Origin: Octopus vulgaris | Taxonomy: Eukaryota | NCBI GenBank assembly: GCA_951406725.2 | Contig: OX597817.1 | Span: 143,840,001 to 143,904,000 of the forward strand | Reading direction: 5' to 3' | Length of the DNA stretch: 64,000 nt | Shown here: positions 28,165-43,938 of the stretch, piece by piece | Position numbering within the stretch: the first letter of the stretch is position 1 | How the letters are laid out: each line of letters opens with the position of its first letter | Translations under genes and position numbers: made by a program | The notes under the pieces: generated by a model | The model's database searches: none | What the model saw: the letters and a program-made list of their open reading frames with translations, nothing else | Told to the model about the DNA's origin: nothing

Positions 28165-29031
28165 TCTCGAATTTGGCCGGATAGCCTTGTGTTAGTTTCA
28201 ATCTGACCCTTGTGAGTGTGAATCAATCATCTCTCATTCTCCTGTTACTTATATTATGTTCATCTCTCAGGTCCATCACTTACCACTTCACCGAGTGTTT
28301 TCCTTCTCATAATGTCTTCCGTTTGGAACTCCTCTGCTCTTGTTTATTTTTTTATAATTATTGACTATCAGCCACTTATACACCATGGAAACTGAGTAAC
28401 CAGCCCTGAGAATCCTAGGGCATAGGACACTAATATCCATGGTTTGGTGATGATGATGTGTATTTAACGTGGTTTATGATTCTAATCCCAATGTTCCAAA
28501 AATAAATAAGTGGTTGTGTGGTAAGTAGCTTGCTTACCAACCACATGGTCCTAGGTTCAGTCCCACTGCGTGGCACCTTGGGCAAGTGTCTTCTACTATA
28601 GCCTTGGGCCAATCAAAGCCTTGTGAGTGGATTTGGTAGATGGAAACTGAAAGAAACCCATCATATATATATATATATACTCTTTTACTCTCTCTTTTAT
28701 TTGTTTCAGTCATTTGACTGAGGCTATGCTGGAGCACTGCCTTTAGTCGAGCAAATCAACCCCAGGACCTATTCTTTGTAAGCCTAGTACTTATTCTATC
28801 AGCCTTTTTTGCCGAACTGCTAAGTTATGGGGAGGTAAAGGGACAAACACAGACACACAAACACACATATATATATATATATATACATACATACGATGGG
28901 CTTCTTTCAGTTTCCATCTACCAAATCCACTCACAAGGCTATAATAGAAGACACTAGCCCAAGGTGCCACGCAGTGGGGCTGAACCCAGAACCATGTGGT
29001 TGGTAAGCAAGCTACTTACTACACAGCCACT

Positions 29032-29088
<57 letters not shown>

Positions 29089-29663
29089 TGTGTCTTTGGT
29101 CCCCCACCCAACATCGCCTGACAACCGAAGCTGGTGCGTTTACATCCCCATAACTTAGTGATTCGGCATAAGAGACCGATAGAATAAGTACTAGGCTTAC
29201 AAAGACTAAGTCCTGGGGTCAACTTGTTCGACTAAAGGCAATGCTCCAGCATGGCCGCAGCCAAATGACAAACAATAAAAATATTAAAAAATTAAAGACA
29301 AAGACTCGAAATACACACATATTCATTTATTCGTATATTTTCAATATCACCATAGAACACATAAATAAATATACGCGGTTGCTTACCGAAACATGGAATA
29401 TCAAATATAAAAAGATGGGGAATATGTGTGACGTTCAAAGAGTTTCCTCCAGGGATTTTTTTAGCAACTAAAACGAAGCAGTTTGGGAAAATGGAAGAAA
29501 ACGGAAACATGTCTGTGGATTTTTAACTCCTGGGAAATTCATCATACCAAATAATTCAATTACAACAAAAAGGATTTTACATTTAACCATTAGGGAGGTG
29601 ACACGCATTTCCAGCTGGCGATTCAAACCGATTACAAGCCCACTTCACTGCAATAAAGCATCT

Positions 29664-29691
29664 GATAATAATAATAATAATAATAATAATG

Positions 29692-29759
<68 letters not shown>

Positions 29760-29810
29760 ATGATAATAATAATGACGATAATAATAATAATGATAATTAA
29801 TAATAATAAT
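29664..29810. repeat. (AAT)n microsatellite
   Basis: Direct reading; more tracts at 30005-30035 and 30259-30297. Confidence 0.95.
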
Positions 29811-30004
29811 TCTTTCTACGATAAGCACAAGGCAGCAACGTTGAAAGGAGGGGCAAGCTCATTGTATAAACCTCACTACATGACTGGTATTCTATTGAAA
29901 TGCATAGCTGACCTTGGTGGGATTTGAACTTAAAATGTAAACTACCAATACAAATACTGTAAGGCATTTTTTACTGATAACTCCACTGATTCTGCTAGTT
30001 TCAC

Positions 30005-30035
<31 letters not shown>

Positions 30036-30256
30036 CCTTTCTACTAAAGGCACAAGGCCTGAAATTTTGGGGGAGGGTTCTATTCAATTGCATTGACTCC
30101 TGTACATAACCGGTACTTAATTCATTGACCCTCCCACCCTGAAAGGATGAAAATTGAAGTCAACCTTGGTGGAATTTGAACCCAGAACATAAAGACGGAC
30201 GAAATGCCGCTAGATATTTTGCTTGGCAGGCTAACGATTCTGCCAGCTCACCACCT

Positions 30257-30297
<41 letters not shown>

Positions 30298-33200
30298 TCT
30301 GTAGTCATTTTTTATTAATTAATATTATAATTTTTTCTATTTTTTTTTTTCAAACTATTTCATGTGATTATCTGAAGATGACATTGCTTAAACCACCACC
30401 AATAATAGTAATAATAATCTTTTCTACTATAGACACAAGGCCTGAAATTTTGGGGGGGAGGGAATGAGTCTATTATATCGATCTCAGTGCGTAACTGGTA
30501 CTTAATTTATCAACCCCGAAAGAAAAGGCAAAGTCAACTGCTGTGGAATTTGAACTCAGAATGTAAAGACAGATGAAATACCGCTAAGCATTTCACCCGG
30601 CGTGCTAATGTTTCTGCCAGCTTACTGCCTTGAATAATAATAATAATTCTGTATTCATTATTTATATTATAATTTTAAAAAATTTTTTAATAAAATTATT
30701 TCGTGTTATTATCTAAATATAATATTGCTTAAACCACCATCAATAATAATAATAATAATGGTTTTAAATTTTGGCACAAGGCCTGTAATTTTAAGGAAAG
30801 GAATTAGATGATTACATTGACCCCAGTACTTGACTGGCACCTAATTTATTGAACCCCCTCCCCGCCTAAAAAAAAAATCAAAGGCTAAGTTTACCATGGC
30901 AGGATTTGAACACAGTACAATAAAGAGTTGGATAAATATTTGTCTGATGAACTAAAGATTCTACTGAAACACATGTACTATGAAATTTGAGGGAAGGGGT
31001 TAAACAGTACTTGGGTGGGTTACATCAAGTACTGGTACTTTATTTTATCGAGCCCAGAAGGATGAGAGGCAAAGTTGACCTAGGCAGGATTTGAACACAG
31101 AATGTAAAAAGGCGCAGGTGTAACTGAGTGGTAAGAAACTTGCTTCCCAACCACATGGTTCTGGGTTCAGTACCGTGTGGCACCTTGGGTAAGTGTCTTC
31201 TACAACAGCCTTGGGCTGACCAAAGAATTGTGAGTAGATTTAGTGGATGGAAACTGAAAGAAGCCCATCATATGTGTGTGTGTATGTGTCCCTCACCAAC
31301 CGGTGTAGGTGTGTTTACGTCCCTGTAACTTAGTGGTTTGGCAAAAGAGATCGATAGAATAAGCAGCAGGCTTCAAAAAAGTATATACTGGGGTCAATTC
31401 GTTTGACTAAAATTTCTCAAGGCGCTGCCCCAGTGTGGCCACAAACTAATGACTAAAACAAGTAAAAGAAGAAAGCAAAAAGATAAAAGGATAGGATTAT
31501 AATACCACAAGGTATTTTCCCATAAAAATCTGATAATATTTGACTAGGCACAAAGTATCTTTCAGGGGAAGAAATGATGTGAAAAAAAGAGCACATTTTT
31601 CTCAAAGACAACCAAAGGGGTCAGGGAAGTGAAATTATGTTGACCGAGAATCAGGACCATAAAAAAGTGAGATTCTGGTTCCATGCTGAAATCCCCCAAA
31701 TTTTACCCCTCCACCCTATGGTGGTGGCGATTTCTCCCAGGTTAAAAACTGTTGTTCTTGAAGAAAACAGAAGTGGTGGGGGAGAGACTGGTGGCATGGA
31801 AGTGTTGTTACTTGATAAGTTTATAGGAGCAGAGGCTGTTATAGTAGTGTTGGGAGATACATAGAGCGGACATAGACTATTAATAAATCAATGTTTATAG
31901 TATAAAGTGGCTGAGCAGAGGTTGTTATTGTTGCTGTTGTTGTGGGGTTTTTAGCCTGAGGTCAGTCTTCATCAAATAGATTTATGATCAAAAGATAATC
32001 CAATAGTGACCATCCTACATATTTTTTTCCAGGCTCGTCTATCCAAAATTATATCCTTATCCAAAGTAACATAGCCTTTTATTTCTTTAAGATGGTAGGC
32101 TGATATGAGGCAGATTTGGCTGCTATTTCTAACATGGTGGATGACTTCGTTTTGTGGGAAGTAGGGATTATAATAGAAAATATGGAATTGTGTGTGTATG
32201 TGCATACATGTCTGTGAGAATGATTATGATTTCTTTTATTTACTTTGAACTTATCAATTCAATTGATTTTATCAAAAAAAAAAAGCTGTTTTCAGAAAAA
32301 ATATCTTTTTATAATTAATTATTCATCCAAAGAAGGTAAAAAACGTAATTTATAAAAAAATAACTAAATGCAATGAATACCACCCTGATCATATAAAGGT
32401 GTGTCTTTGGGTGGAAGGTGGGTAGCAGGTCATGAACTGACATTAAAAGTTTGTCCTTACTAAGATTCATCATCATCATCATTGTTTAACGTCCGCTTTC
32501 CATGCTAGCATGGGTTGGATGATTTGACTGAGGACTGGTGAACCAGATGGCTGCACCAGGCTCCAATCTGATCTGGCAACCACTCCGAGAGTGTAGTGGG
32601 TGCTTTTACGTGTCACCAGCATGAGGGCCAGTCCAGCGGCACTGGCAACGACCTCGCTTGAAACTTTTTTTATCACATGCTGCTGGCACAAGTGCCAGTA
32701 AGGCGACGCTGGTAACAATCATGTTTGAATGGTACTTTTTATGTTCCACTGGCACAGAAGCCAGTCAGCTGCTCTGGCAGCGATCACGCTCGGATGGTGC
32801 TTTTAGTGCTCCACTGGCACGGGTGCCAAGTTTACTTTCTGAATAATAAAAAAGTCATTATATGAAATTTGGGAGTTTTGCCCCAAATTAGAATGTTCTT
32901 GTGAAAATACGTAATCCTTTTGGTTGATTTCCTTAAAAGAATAATAAAATAGATCAGTTGTGCTGCATCCAAGGTGGAAGCCACACTGTTCTCCAGCTTG
33001 GGATCAACAATTCCCCTACATCTCTTTTCTAGACACTAATGTATACTAGGGATGCTTAATGCGACAATTCCTCATAATTAGAGCCACCTCTCCTGTCTCC
33101 TGTTTTTAAAAAAAAAATTTAGGATTATCACCTCAGATTATCATCTCATCTCAGATTGTGATTACTTTGGTGTCCTTCCAGATCCACTGGCATATGTGAG

Positions 33201-33779
33201 CAACTACTTCTCTGCATTGAGAGGTCACAGCTCTGGAACTGAGGACCTGTGATTAGAATGTTGCAAGAAAGAATCACAAGATGAATTCTTGAAGCCATGT
33301 TAATCAGCAGGAGGCAAAAGGGTAGACCAATAACAAGATGGTTTGATAATAAATCACAGTATCAGCTGGTCATGCTTGGTAATTCAGTTGGAAAGTGTAA
33401 TGATGGTTGCTGCTGATAGGGCCCTATGGAGAAGGCACCTGAGGACCCTACCCCTGCAACCCTTTCAGGAATAGTGGGCGGAGGAGATGGATGGATGGTT
33501 GAGAAATAAAATAAAAGTACAAAATAATGGACCAAGTAATTAAACTGCTTGATTACACTTATATACCAGAGTAGACCAAGTTAAGGAAAATACAAGAATC
33601 TGCAGAAATTAACGAGGATTTATGTTGGTAAAAGACAATTAATAAAATTAGTAAAACAGTCAATTACTCACGCCATGAAAAGGAGTGAGGTTAACTCTTT
33701 AACAATCAGACTGCTCTATCAAATGTAATGTTTATTTATTTACCATGTCTTGAATTAATCATGGATTATCTCATGAGAT

Positions 33780-34260
33780 CATCATCATCATCATCATCGT
33801 TTAACGTCCACTTTCCATGCTAGCATGGGTTGGACGATTTGACTGAGGGCTGGCGAACCAGATGGCTGCACCAGGCTTCAATCTGATCTGGCAGAGTTTC
33901 TACAGCTGGATGCCCTTCCTAACGCCAACCACTCCGAGAGTGTAGTGGGTGCTTTTACGTGTCACTGGCACGGGGCCAGTCAGGTAGTACTGGCAACGAC
34001 CTTGCTCGAATCTTTTACACATGCCATTTGCATGGAGGCCAGTTAGCCGCTCTGGCAACGATCACACTCGGATGGTGCTCTTAACACCCTACTAGCACGG
34101 GGCTCAAGTGCCAGTAAGGCGACGCTGGTAATGATCACACTCGAATGGTGCCTTTTAGGTGCCACTGGCACAGAAGCCAGTTAGCCGCTCTGTCAACAAT
34201 CATACTCGTATGATGCTCTTTGCACCCTGCTAGCACGGATGCCAGTCATCAAATTTGATT
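33780..34260 (-). mobile_element. SINE family D with (GAT)n tail and internal gtgccactggcac repeats, representative copy
   Basis: ttaggaagggcatccagc..catggaaagtggacgttaaacgatgatgat 3' end. Copies 32467-32830(-), 51268-51540(-), 57290-57525(+), 59498-59975(-), 59980-60330(+), 62208-62457(+). Confidence 0.8.
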
Positions 34261-37200
34261 AATAGTGTGATTATATATTTTTTGAATGATATTGTAGGAT
34301 AGGTGTGAGAGGCTGGATCTGGTCAGTTTGAACATTAAACAGGTAGAATATTTCGGCTGAATATGACATGTTTAAATACTAAAAGGTTAAACATTTTAGG
34401 CAGAACTCTGTTTTACACCAGTTTTTCCATGCTAAGTCAATCCTTATTAAGCAAGTTCTTGATCCAGCCATGACTCTACCTAAAAACATTTGATTTGGAA
34501 ACAAACATTTTAACCACATAACCATGGCTGTACCATTTTCAAAGAAAAATGTTCTTCCAACATAACATTAGATTCTACTTGGATTTCAAGAAACTCTAAC
34601 ATCAATAATGGTTTCAAATTTTGGAACAAGGTCAGCAATTTGAGGGGAGGGGCTAAGTCAAATGCTTCAAACAAAGTGGATCAACTGGTACTTATTTTAT
34701 CGACCCCAAAAGAATGAAAAGTAAAGTCAACCTTGACAGAATTTGAACTCAGAATTTAGCAATAGGTGAAACACCACTAAGCACCCCATCCAGCATGCTA
34801 ACGATTCTGCCAGCTCACTGCCTTAAACTCTAACATCATTAACACCAGCATCAACACCACCACTACCACATGCACCCTTAACATTTCTGCCACTGTCATC
34901 AATATCGACCCTTTGCCTGTGTATCACATGTGATGCACAGAACATATTTCTATGGAGTTTACACATCATAATTGATACACATCCCCAATTATTTTGACCC
35001 TTTAGCATTTAAACTGGCCATCTCCTACCTGAATTTTTTTAACCTGTTTTATGTTCAAACCAGCCAGATATCGCCTCTTGCACCTACCTTACAATGTCAT
35101 TCTAAAAACCAAACAACCACACCATCAAAATCTCAAAGCTCTGAGATAATTCAAGATTAATTCAAGACAATGTGAATAAATAAGAATTACATTTGACAGA
35201 ATAACCTGAACGCTAATTGGTTAAACGAGCAGAATAATTATAATTTCAAGACTGAATAATGTCTGCAAACAATTTTGTTAGGTTTGTTGCGATGCAATTC
35301 AGTTCTTTAATGATAATGATTTATTTATATTCATATGCATTTTTATATTGCTTGGGTGTGGTTTGCTTTTGTGGGCCTTTTTAAAAATTTACTTTCCTTC
35401 TCATTTAACCCGACAGAGTCAAAAAAAAGCTTAGAATATGGTATTATCCTAAATTATTTATATTACTAGTTAGTAATCTAAGGCAAATGTATCGTGTGAC
35501 CTAGTCTTCATTAACTTAACACTTATTTCTTTATTGCCTACAAGGGGCTAAACAGAGGGACAGACAAGTACAGACAAAGGGATTGAGTTGATTACGTCGA
35601 CCCCAGTGTGTAACTGGTACTTATTTAATCGATCCCGAAAAGATGAAAGGCAAAGTCGACCTCGGTGGAATTTAAACTCAGAACATAACGGCAGATGAAA
35701 TACCATTAAGCATTTCTGAAGATTAGTATTTAACCATTGCCTGTCCTGTGTATTGCATGTGATACTCAAGATATATTTCCCTGGCATCAGATATGATACA
35801 CATTCCCGGCATTTTTTCAACCACCAGAGTAACTTATGAAAGGAAAGCTTTTATTATTCAGAATGTATAAAACAAGGATTAACTATAAAAAAAAAGCATG
35901 GGCATTTAGGATACACTTGTGAAAATAATTTGGAGAGGCAAGGGGTTAACACCTAATAATGGTTTCAAATTTTGGCACAAGGCCAACAATTTTAAGGGAA
36001 GGGAAGGGAAGTGCTCAACTAGTCCTTATTTTATTGACCCCAAAAGGATGAAAGGCAAAATTGACTTCGGTGGAATTTGAACCCAGAATATAAAGATGGA
36101 CGTCATACAAATAAGCGTTTTGCCTGGCGTGCTAACTACTCTGCCAGCTTGCCTAATATTAAAATCATGAATATATATTTTTTTAAAAAAGTGAATAAAT
36201 ATAAGTTGAATGATTTTAATTTCATCAAAAAGGTTTTTTTTTTTAATGTCAATAAATTGAAAACAATGAAAACAGCTCGGAAAACATCTAAATTTCAAAT
36301 TCTAAATTTTAAGAATTTGTATTCTAATATTGCTGAGGGGAGTATGTGGAGAGGAGAGGGAATAATTCTTTTTTAATAAAAATTACAAAATACAAAATTT
36401 GTACCATAAATATCTTAGTTCAAATGCACACTTTCGTAAAAATGTAAAATAAATTAATTTTTGTACAATGAATTCATTTTTTTTATGAAGAATTTTTGCT
36501 ACAAATTCAAAAATTTTTTTTTTGTTAGATTCATTTACACACACACACACACACACAAATGAAAAAAAATAGATTCAGAGAATCAAATGTAACTCACAGT
36601 AAGCACTCCAGCTAGTGTTTGGCTATCAGGTAACATAGTAATTAAATTCAAGTTTTTAAGTTTATAATGCAAGTTAATGTTACTTTGCACCTGAAAATCC
36701 AAGAAATGCAACTGGAGTGTAAAGATAATTTAAAAATCAGAAGTGAGAGATGGGAAAGTATTTATTCCATATAAATAAAGACACTTTGACTATCACTTTT
36801 CCTGAATTTTGATTGATTACATATGAGTGATATGAGTGAGTGTGTGTGTGATTGATGTAGGATTAGTTCAAAACAACATGAATACATAAGCATTACATTT
36901 GATAGACTAATTTTAATGCTAAAAGGTTAATTATAAAGATTTCATTCTTAAAAAAGAAAATAGATATATATTTATATATATATGAAACATTTTGTAACCA
37001 GGCATCAGCATTATTTTCTTTACACAAATAAAAAGTAAATTCTTTAAAATGTATTCAAATGTTTAAAGAAATAGAGCAACCAATAATGTTTAACAAATAT
37101 AATTTTTTTCCAGTAACATTGGTCTGATTCGTCCTTAGTCGAAAGACACCTGTTGTTAATGTCCTGTTATTTGCATTTGTATTTGTGTACCATTTCTCCA

Positions 37201-38509
37201 TTTTTTTTCCATCCTTGTTTTTGTATACATTCGCTGCTTTCTTCCAAGGAATCTAGTGCACTTTGCTTAGTTTTTCCTTGGGGCTGGCCAGATTGGAGCA
37301 ATCTCGAGTATAACCAGCTGAAATTGCAAAGATAATCTGGAACTCGACTGAGGAAAGAAAACTCCGAATGACCCGTCCTTGTTTTTTCTTGTTCCTTTTT
37401 TGTATCATCTGTCTGGATGTTTTGCGTTCTTGTCCCATTTTTTTTATATATATATATATATATACACACACACATACATACATACATACACACACATACA
37501 TGTATGTATGCAAACCTTTGACTGCTTATTTTTTTTTTTAGGTACATTAATTAATATTTGGGCATTATCACCTTGGTTGCAAAATTAAAAAAATATGAAA
37601 ATTAGTAATTTGAATTAATGTAATATAAAAATTTATAATATTTAAAAATTGAATTTTCATACATTAAAAACAAATGTTATGACAATCAGCATCATTTCTT
37701 AACGACTTCCATTCCTCTCAGCATGCTTTTGGTAAATCCCTAATTGACAACTGCCATAATTAAAGGGTTAAGAGATTAAAAGATTGACAAGTTATGAAAC
37801 GTGAAATGATCTCAGTTTGTTGTATAAACAAAATAAATACAAATATAATTTTTGTTTACAAAAGAACCTCTTTTGTTTACAAATTGTTATCGTATAGATT
37901 TATCTCTAATAAAAATACATTTCATTTTTCTTATTAAATTTGACAATTGCGAGATGGAAGATACATTTTTTCCTTTTTTTTAAAATTTTTTATTCAGAGC
38001 TTACAATTAGATCAAAATAAATTGTAACAGCAAGTTCCTTTCTTTCCATTTATAAAGAAAATAGATCAGACAATTTAAAATGAAATGGAAATACATGTGT
38101 ACATGTATATATCTGTGTGTCTGTTCAGGAATATCCATCTGTGTGTGTGTGTGTGTGTGTGTGTGCACCTCCATGTGATCATAAAACATGTGGCAAAGAT
38201 GTACTGATATTTCAAACCAAGTTATACATGTTAGTATATTACATTAAAAGTGAGCTTAAAGACTATTAATTTGATTTCAGAGGAAATTGAAAATTAATTT
38301 TTATAATTAGCAAATCTAGCTGGATTTATTACCCAGTTTAAACAACAACAGAGAAATGTTATTATATAAATGCAATTTGTTAGTCTGTTGGGTCTGTTTG
38401 ATATTTTTAAATTGCTGTCAGACAATTCTTTTAAGGCCAAAAGCTTTTTGTCCATCTCTGAGCCTATCCAATACCTATAAATGCAACAATTTCAGAGAGG
38501 AGAATTACA

Positions 38510-38845
38510 TAGAGAGAGAGGGAGAGAGAGAGAGAGAGAGGGGGGAGAGGGGGGGCAAAAAGGTAATGAGGGGGGAGAGAAGGAGAGAGGAGAGAGAGCA
38601 AAAAGGTAATGAGGGGGGAGAGAAGAGGGGGGCAGAAAGATAATGAGGGGGAGCGCAAAAAAGTAATGAGGCGGGAGGGGGAGACCAAAAAGATAATGAG
38701 GGGGAGAACAAAAAGGTAATGGGGAGAGAAGAGTGAGGGGGCATGTAAAAAAGTAATGAGGGGAAGAGGAGAGAGAGTTAGAGTAAAAAGGTAATGAGAG
38801 AGAGGAGAGAGAGGGGAGAGGAGAAGGAGAGAGAGAGGGAGAGCC
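38510..38845. repeat. Polypurine tract with recurring aaaaggtaatgaggggga units
   Basis: Strongly GA-skewed; about 7 degenerate units with G runs. Confidence 0.8.
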
Positions 38846-39737
38846 TTATTGTTTAAACAGATGATCAAAAGCATTCAAGTCCTGTCCCTACCACCTTTGT
38901 TTTAGCAGTCTGTAAGCGTATTATTACCTAATGTCTCCTTCCTCATTTCAGACAACAGGTTAGTATTTAAGGGACACTTGGTTTTTATTGAAACTTCTTA
39001 AGCTCAAGGGCCTAGGGAGCCTCTCTAACACAGAGACAGAGAGAGAGAGAGAAATGGGGGAAGCAAAGTATTTTGATTGATATAACATGGAAGTCTGTGA
39101 CTATATGTTGCCAATTTCAAGAATGTTTCTGATATATAATTGATAGTTTAATGAAGAATGAGAGAAATATGATTGTATTTTATTTAATGAAAATATAACA
39201 TCCCATGATATCTGAATGCCAATAGTATCCACTTATAGTTTGGGGTCATCTTGAGCAAGATAAAATTTTAACCCTTATCCCAACACTCTCTCAAGCACTA
39301 AGTATGATCTAGATATAAATTCTTTTAGCATTTAAACTGGCTGGTTCAAGCTTGTTTTATGTTCTGCCAGATCTGACCTCTTGCACCTAACCGACAATGT
39401 CTTGCTAAAAACATAAATTCCATCAAAATCTTGAAGCTATGAGATAATCCATGATTAATTCAAAAGAATGTAAATAAATAAAAAATTTGACATTTGAGAG
39501 AATGTTCCAGAGATATATGTGTTCTGAATGCTAACGGATATATGTATGTTCTAGATCTATCCAAATTCAAGAAAAGATTTTTTTGCTTGAAAATAAACCC
39601 AATGTTCTCTAATTCCGAAACAGGAAAAACACAACATTGCTTGCTTTAAAGTCTTGAAACCAGAAGCATTTCCAGAAAGAAATCTGAAATTATCATTTTT
39701 CAAGGGCAGTCATTTAAATCTTAGTTTTCTATTTTAA

Positions 39738-39958
39738 CCCTTTCGTTACCAACCCGGCTGAAACTGACTCTGGCTCTGTTGTACAAATGTCTTGTTTTCA
39801 TAAGTTTTGAATTAAAATCTTCTACCAAACCTTAGTCACAATTTATGTTCCTAACAATAGCTTAATGATAACTGAATTATTTTACTAAATTCTTTGTTAT
39901 ATTTAAAGTAATTGAAAGAAACACAGAGCATCTCAAAATAAATACAGTAACGAAAGGG
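39738..39958. mobile_element. piggyBac-type MITE
   Basis: TTAA|CCCTTTCGTTAC ... GTAACGAAAGGG|TTAA. Older TTAA/CCCT-ended MITEs of another family occur near 33691-34390, 34994-35224 and 39320-39535. Confidence 0.85.
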
Positions 39959-42900
39959 TTAATGTCACACTCGCAGCATCATCATCATTAAGTATAAATA
40001 AATTTGATAATTAGTATAATTAAATTTGATATTCTAAGCTATCTAATTCATAAGGTATTAAGTCTGTTTCTCTATAAGTGCAACAGAAGCACAGTTGATT
40101 GATTTGATCATATGGAATTATAACTGAAGGGATGAAAATATATTCTTTTCTACTCTAGGCACAAGGCCTGAAATTTTTGGGTGAGGAAGCCAGTCAATTG
40201 GATCAACCCCAGTATGTGGCTGGTACTTAATTTATTGACCCTGAAAGGATGAAAGGCAAAGTCGACCTCAGCAGAATTTGAACTCAGAACGTAATGGCAG
40301 ACGAAATACCTATTTCTTTGTTACCCACAAGGGGCTAAACACAGAGAGGACAAACAAGAGCAGACAAATGGATTAAGTCGATTATATTGACCCCAGTGGG
40401 TAACTGGTACTTAATTTATCGACCCTGAAAGGATGAAAGGCAAAGTCGACCTCAGCGGAATTTGAACTCAGAATGTAGTGGCAGATGAAATACTGCTAAG
40501 CATTTCACCCGGTGTGCTAATGTTTCTGCCAGCTCACCACCTTAAAGATGAAATACCGCTAAGCATTTTGCCTGGCATGCTAATGTTTCTACCAGTTTGC
40601 CACCTTTCAAAATTTAAATATTAATTTGCTCAAGACGGCCCTCAAACTGTAGACAGGCACTTAACATACATTATGAGATGTTGCTTTTTTAGTGAATAAA
40701 ATACAATCAAATAAATTCATGTTTATCTTATCCTTGATTAAATTATCAGTATCAAATCAACAATACTTTTCAGGGATTGACAAGATACTATAGTCACTTG
40801 AGAGAAGCTCCCTAGGCTATTTAACACACAGATTCACAGAATTGACATGAACACATTACCAGATATCCTGAACACAAGAATTATTGATAAAATACTAAAA
40901 TGGTTAACAAAATTGCGATCAAGGTAAGGAACTTGCTGACAGGAAATGAAAATGGTAAGTTATAAGTTCTTATGAAGCTACAAGATTGTTTTCGCTTCTT
41001 GGAAAATGGGTTTATTAAAACGTCAATGAAGAATTTTGGATAGAACAAGAGATTTAGAGCATGGCAGTAGGTTTCTTGACATGTTCTCAAAATAAACAGC
41101 AGAATTCTTGAAAAAGGCAGTAAATTTTTTGACAAACCAGATCTTGAAGATAGTCAAAGTTTGTTGACAAGATACTGAGTTTCTCGATAAATTTGACAAA
41201 AGTTGAGAATTATTAAAATGTTATAATCTTTTCAAAATTAAGAATAGATTGTAAAAAATTATATATCTTATAATTAAGGAGAAAATATAGAAATAATTTT
41301 GTTGTTTAGCAATGAAGAATTTCTTAATTTTAACTGATGATCATATAGAAAAATAACATAGTTAGAGTTAGCAAATATATATATATATATATACATATGT
41401 ATATATATATTTTGAAATTGTTTTCTCCTTTTCATTTACAGGATATAATCTGATTAATTTCAAATATCAAAAGGTTTAAGTGATTATAGAGAATTAAAAT
41501 TATCATTACATCAAAGGTTAATGGGGAATAAAAAGACAATATTTAAACATTTTCGCATTCCTAGCAAAATATATGCATGGAAATATTGATATCTCCAAAA
41601 GAATAGGATAGAAAATTCAAGGGAAATAACTCAGTGTGTTATTTGCGCCTATGTCAAAATAGTCAAACCGAGACTTTCATATACAATATAGGCTTAAACA
41701 ATGGTATAGATATATAATATTTAAGGTTAAAGATGTGGAGGTATTAAAAAGAATGTTTATAAAATAGTTGAGAAATATTAACTAGTAATGGACATATAAA
41801 AACTACCTTGTCCCGTTGGCCAAGGCGTAAAACTGGGATAAAAAATAAACTGAACAGTTGTCTGCCCCTGTTAAAGAAATTGAAGAAAATATAAATTATT
41901 ATGTTTTAAAAAAATAAATAAAATATTTTATTACAAAAATCCTGAAAATAAAATAGGTAATTCTTTGAAAGTCTAGCTCGAAATATTTACATTTTTTGAC
42001 CTTTCTCAGTTACTTTTATATGTTTTTGTTTTTTATTCTTTAATACAGTTTGTCAACTTGAAAATCTTATTTTGTTTATTATTGTGACAATATCACAGCA
42101 ACCTACTCTGAAATATCCATTAATGTAATTGAAGACTCGATTTACAGATGAAGAATTTTAAAATTTCCTCAAATATAATAAGAGTGAAGAAAGGATTATG
42201 TTAAATTTTGTTTTGGTTTAAATAGCATGGCCAGATAAATAATAAACTCCCTAAAATTTGTCATTTGTCAAAAATGATAGAGAACCTTTGCAAAGAATTA
42301 TTTGAATTGCATGGAAAATATGATTGATCTTTACAATCATCCTCATCGTCACCATATCATCATCATCATCATCCATACCAACACCTATTATTAGCATTTT
42401 CCATCCAAAACAGAAGAATCAAGTTATACAGAAAGACAAGTAACAAGTTGGCATTGTTAATTAATATAATGAAATGAATAATTTTGTGCTTTCTTCACAA
42501 CATATTTTACTTTTGGAAAGAAGAACTTTTCTTTCATCTCTAAATTAAATGAATATTGTAACCAAAGTACCCAACCTGTTCATGTGGTTGCACTAACACC
42601 ACCACCTTGTTGTGTGTCTTTTTGTATAACTCGGTTATTCATCGTTTGCTACTTTAAGCTTTTTATTCAATCCCTTAAGTGCTTGTTAATTCAAATGGTT
42701 TTATACTCACTCTCGAATTATGCTTACATCATTGTAAAATATTATGAATTATAAATTAAATAATTTTAACACTGAAAGAAAATATCCACTTGTCTGTCTG
42801 TCTCTCTGTCTGGTTAGTCAAGATAGTTTAGTTTGAACCGTCAAGTTAGTAAGTATAAATTATTTTAGTTTAGTTATTAGGTTTTAAATCCTGTCACGGT

Positions 42901-43938
42901 TGGTACTAGTTGTTCCTAAAAGTCTGGGATTTCAAAAATCCAGTATATATCAGGACATAAAAGATGTCCTTCTCCAATTTTTGGCAGATTCTAATATAAG
43001 AGAAGCAACAGAGTCATATTCATTAAGGTATTGGTCAAGCAGGCAGGTTTGACCATGTACTAGTGGCACTAGGGAGGTGTTAGAGGTCAGTATATGAAAT
43101 TGGTATTAAGGTAAGTTCATCTAAAGCCTGCTAGTACAGAAACAAACATATCTATACATAAGACGATGATGATGATGATATTCATGATTACGTAGTACTG
43201 TGGTGATTAAACAAAAAAAAATAATAATAACACACTTAAATAAACATAAGCAGGTGTTTGAGAATAAAATTAAATAAAATAACTTTCATTTCAAATATTT
43301 GCAGCTGAGGCTTTGCACATTAAAATTGCCTTCAATGCATGAAGAAATATTTTATAGTTTACAAACAGCTTGATTTACGAATTAGCATTGTCTCGACATT
43401 AAAATATAAGGTGTCTGAGCTTAATATTTTTCATTAGGGCAGAACAAGTTTTTGAGTTGAAGAGGATTATCTCCCCTTAAACTGTTAGTCTAACGTCTTG
43501 CATGGCGGCGTTGTCTGTTCGGTTACATTTTTATGCTAATGATGTAGATTATAAATTGATTATAGTTTTCTTTACTACCCACAAGGGGAACAACACGGAC
43601 AGACAAAGGGATTAAGTCGATTACATCGACCCCAGTGCGTAACTGGTACTTAATTTATCGACCCTGAAAGGATGAAAGGCAAAGTCGACCTCAGCGGAAT
43701 TTGAACTCAGAACGTAAACACAGACGAAATACCGCTAAGCATTTCGCCCGGCGTGCTAACGTTTCTGCCAGCTCGCCGCCTTCATTGTAAATTGATTATA
43801 CACAGAATAACTAAAGCCTCATGGATATGTTAAAACTGAGTGCTAAATAATAACAGAGGTAGACAATAAGCATAAGGCCAATAAGACTAGGTCTACAGAT
43901 CATCCTATAGAAAGGGACGAGCTGTAGACTGCATAAAC

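Noticed and set aside
30938-30985. CTGATGA..GAAAC acat GTA hammerhead-like string
   Set aside because: Stem I and stem II do not pair; overlaps a decayed SINE end.
41442-41900. Possible + strand exon after tttcatttacag, phase-compatible with the 23584 donor
   Set aside because: Frame closes after ~50 codons with no recognisable domain; unsupported without transcripts.
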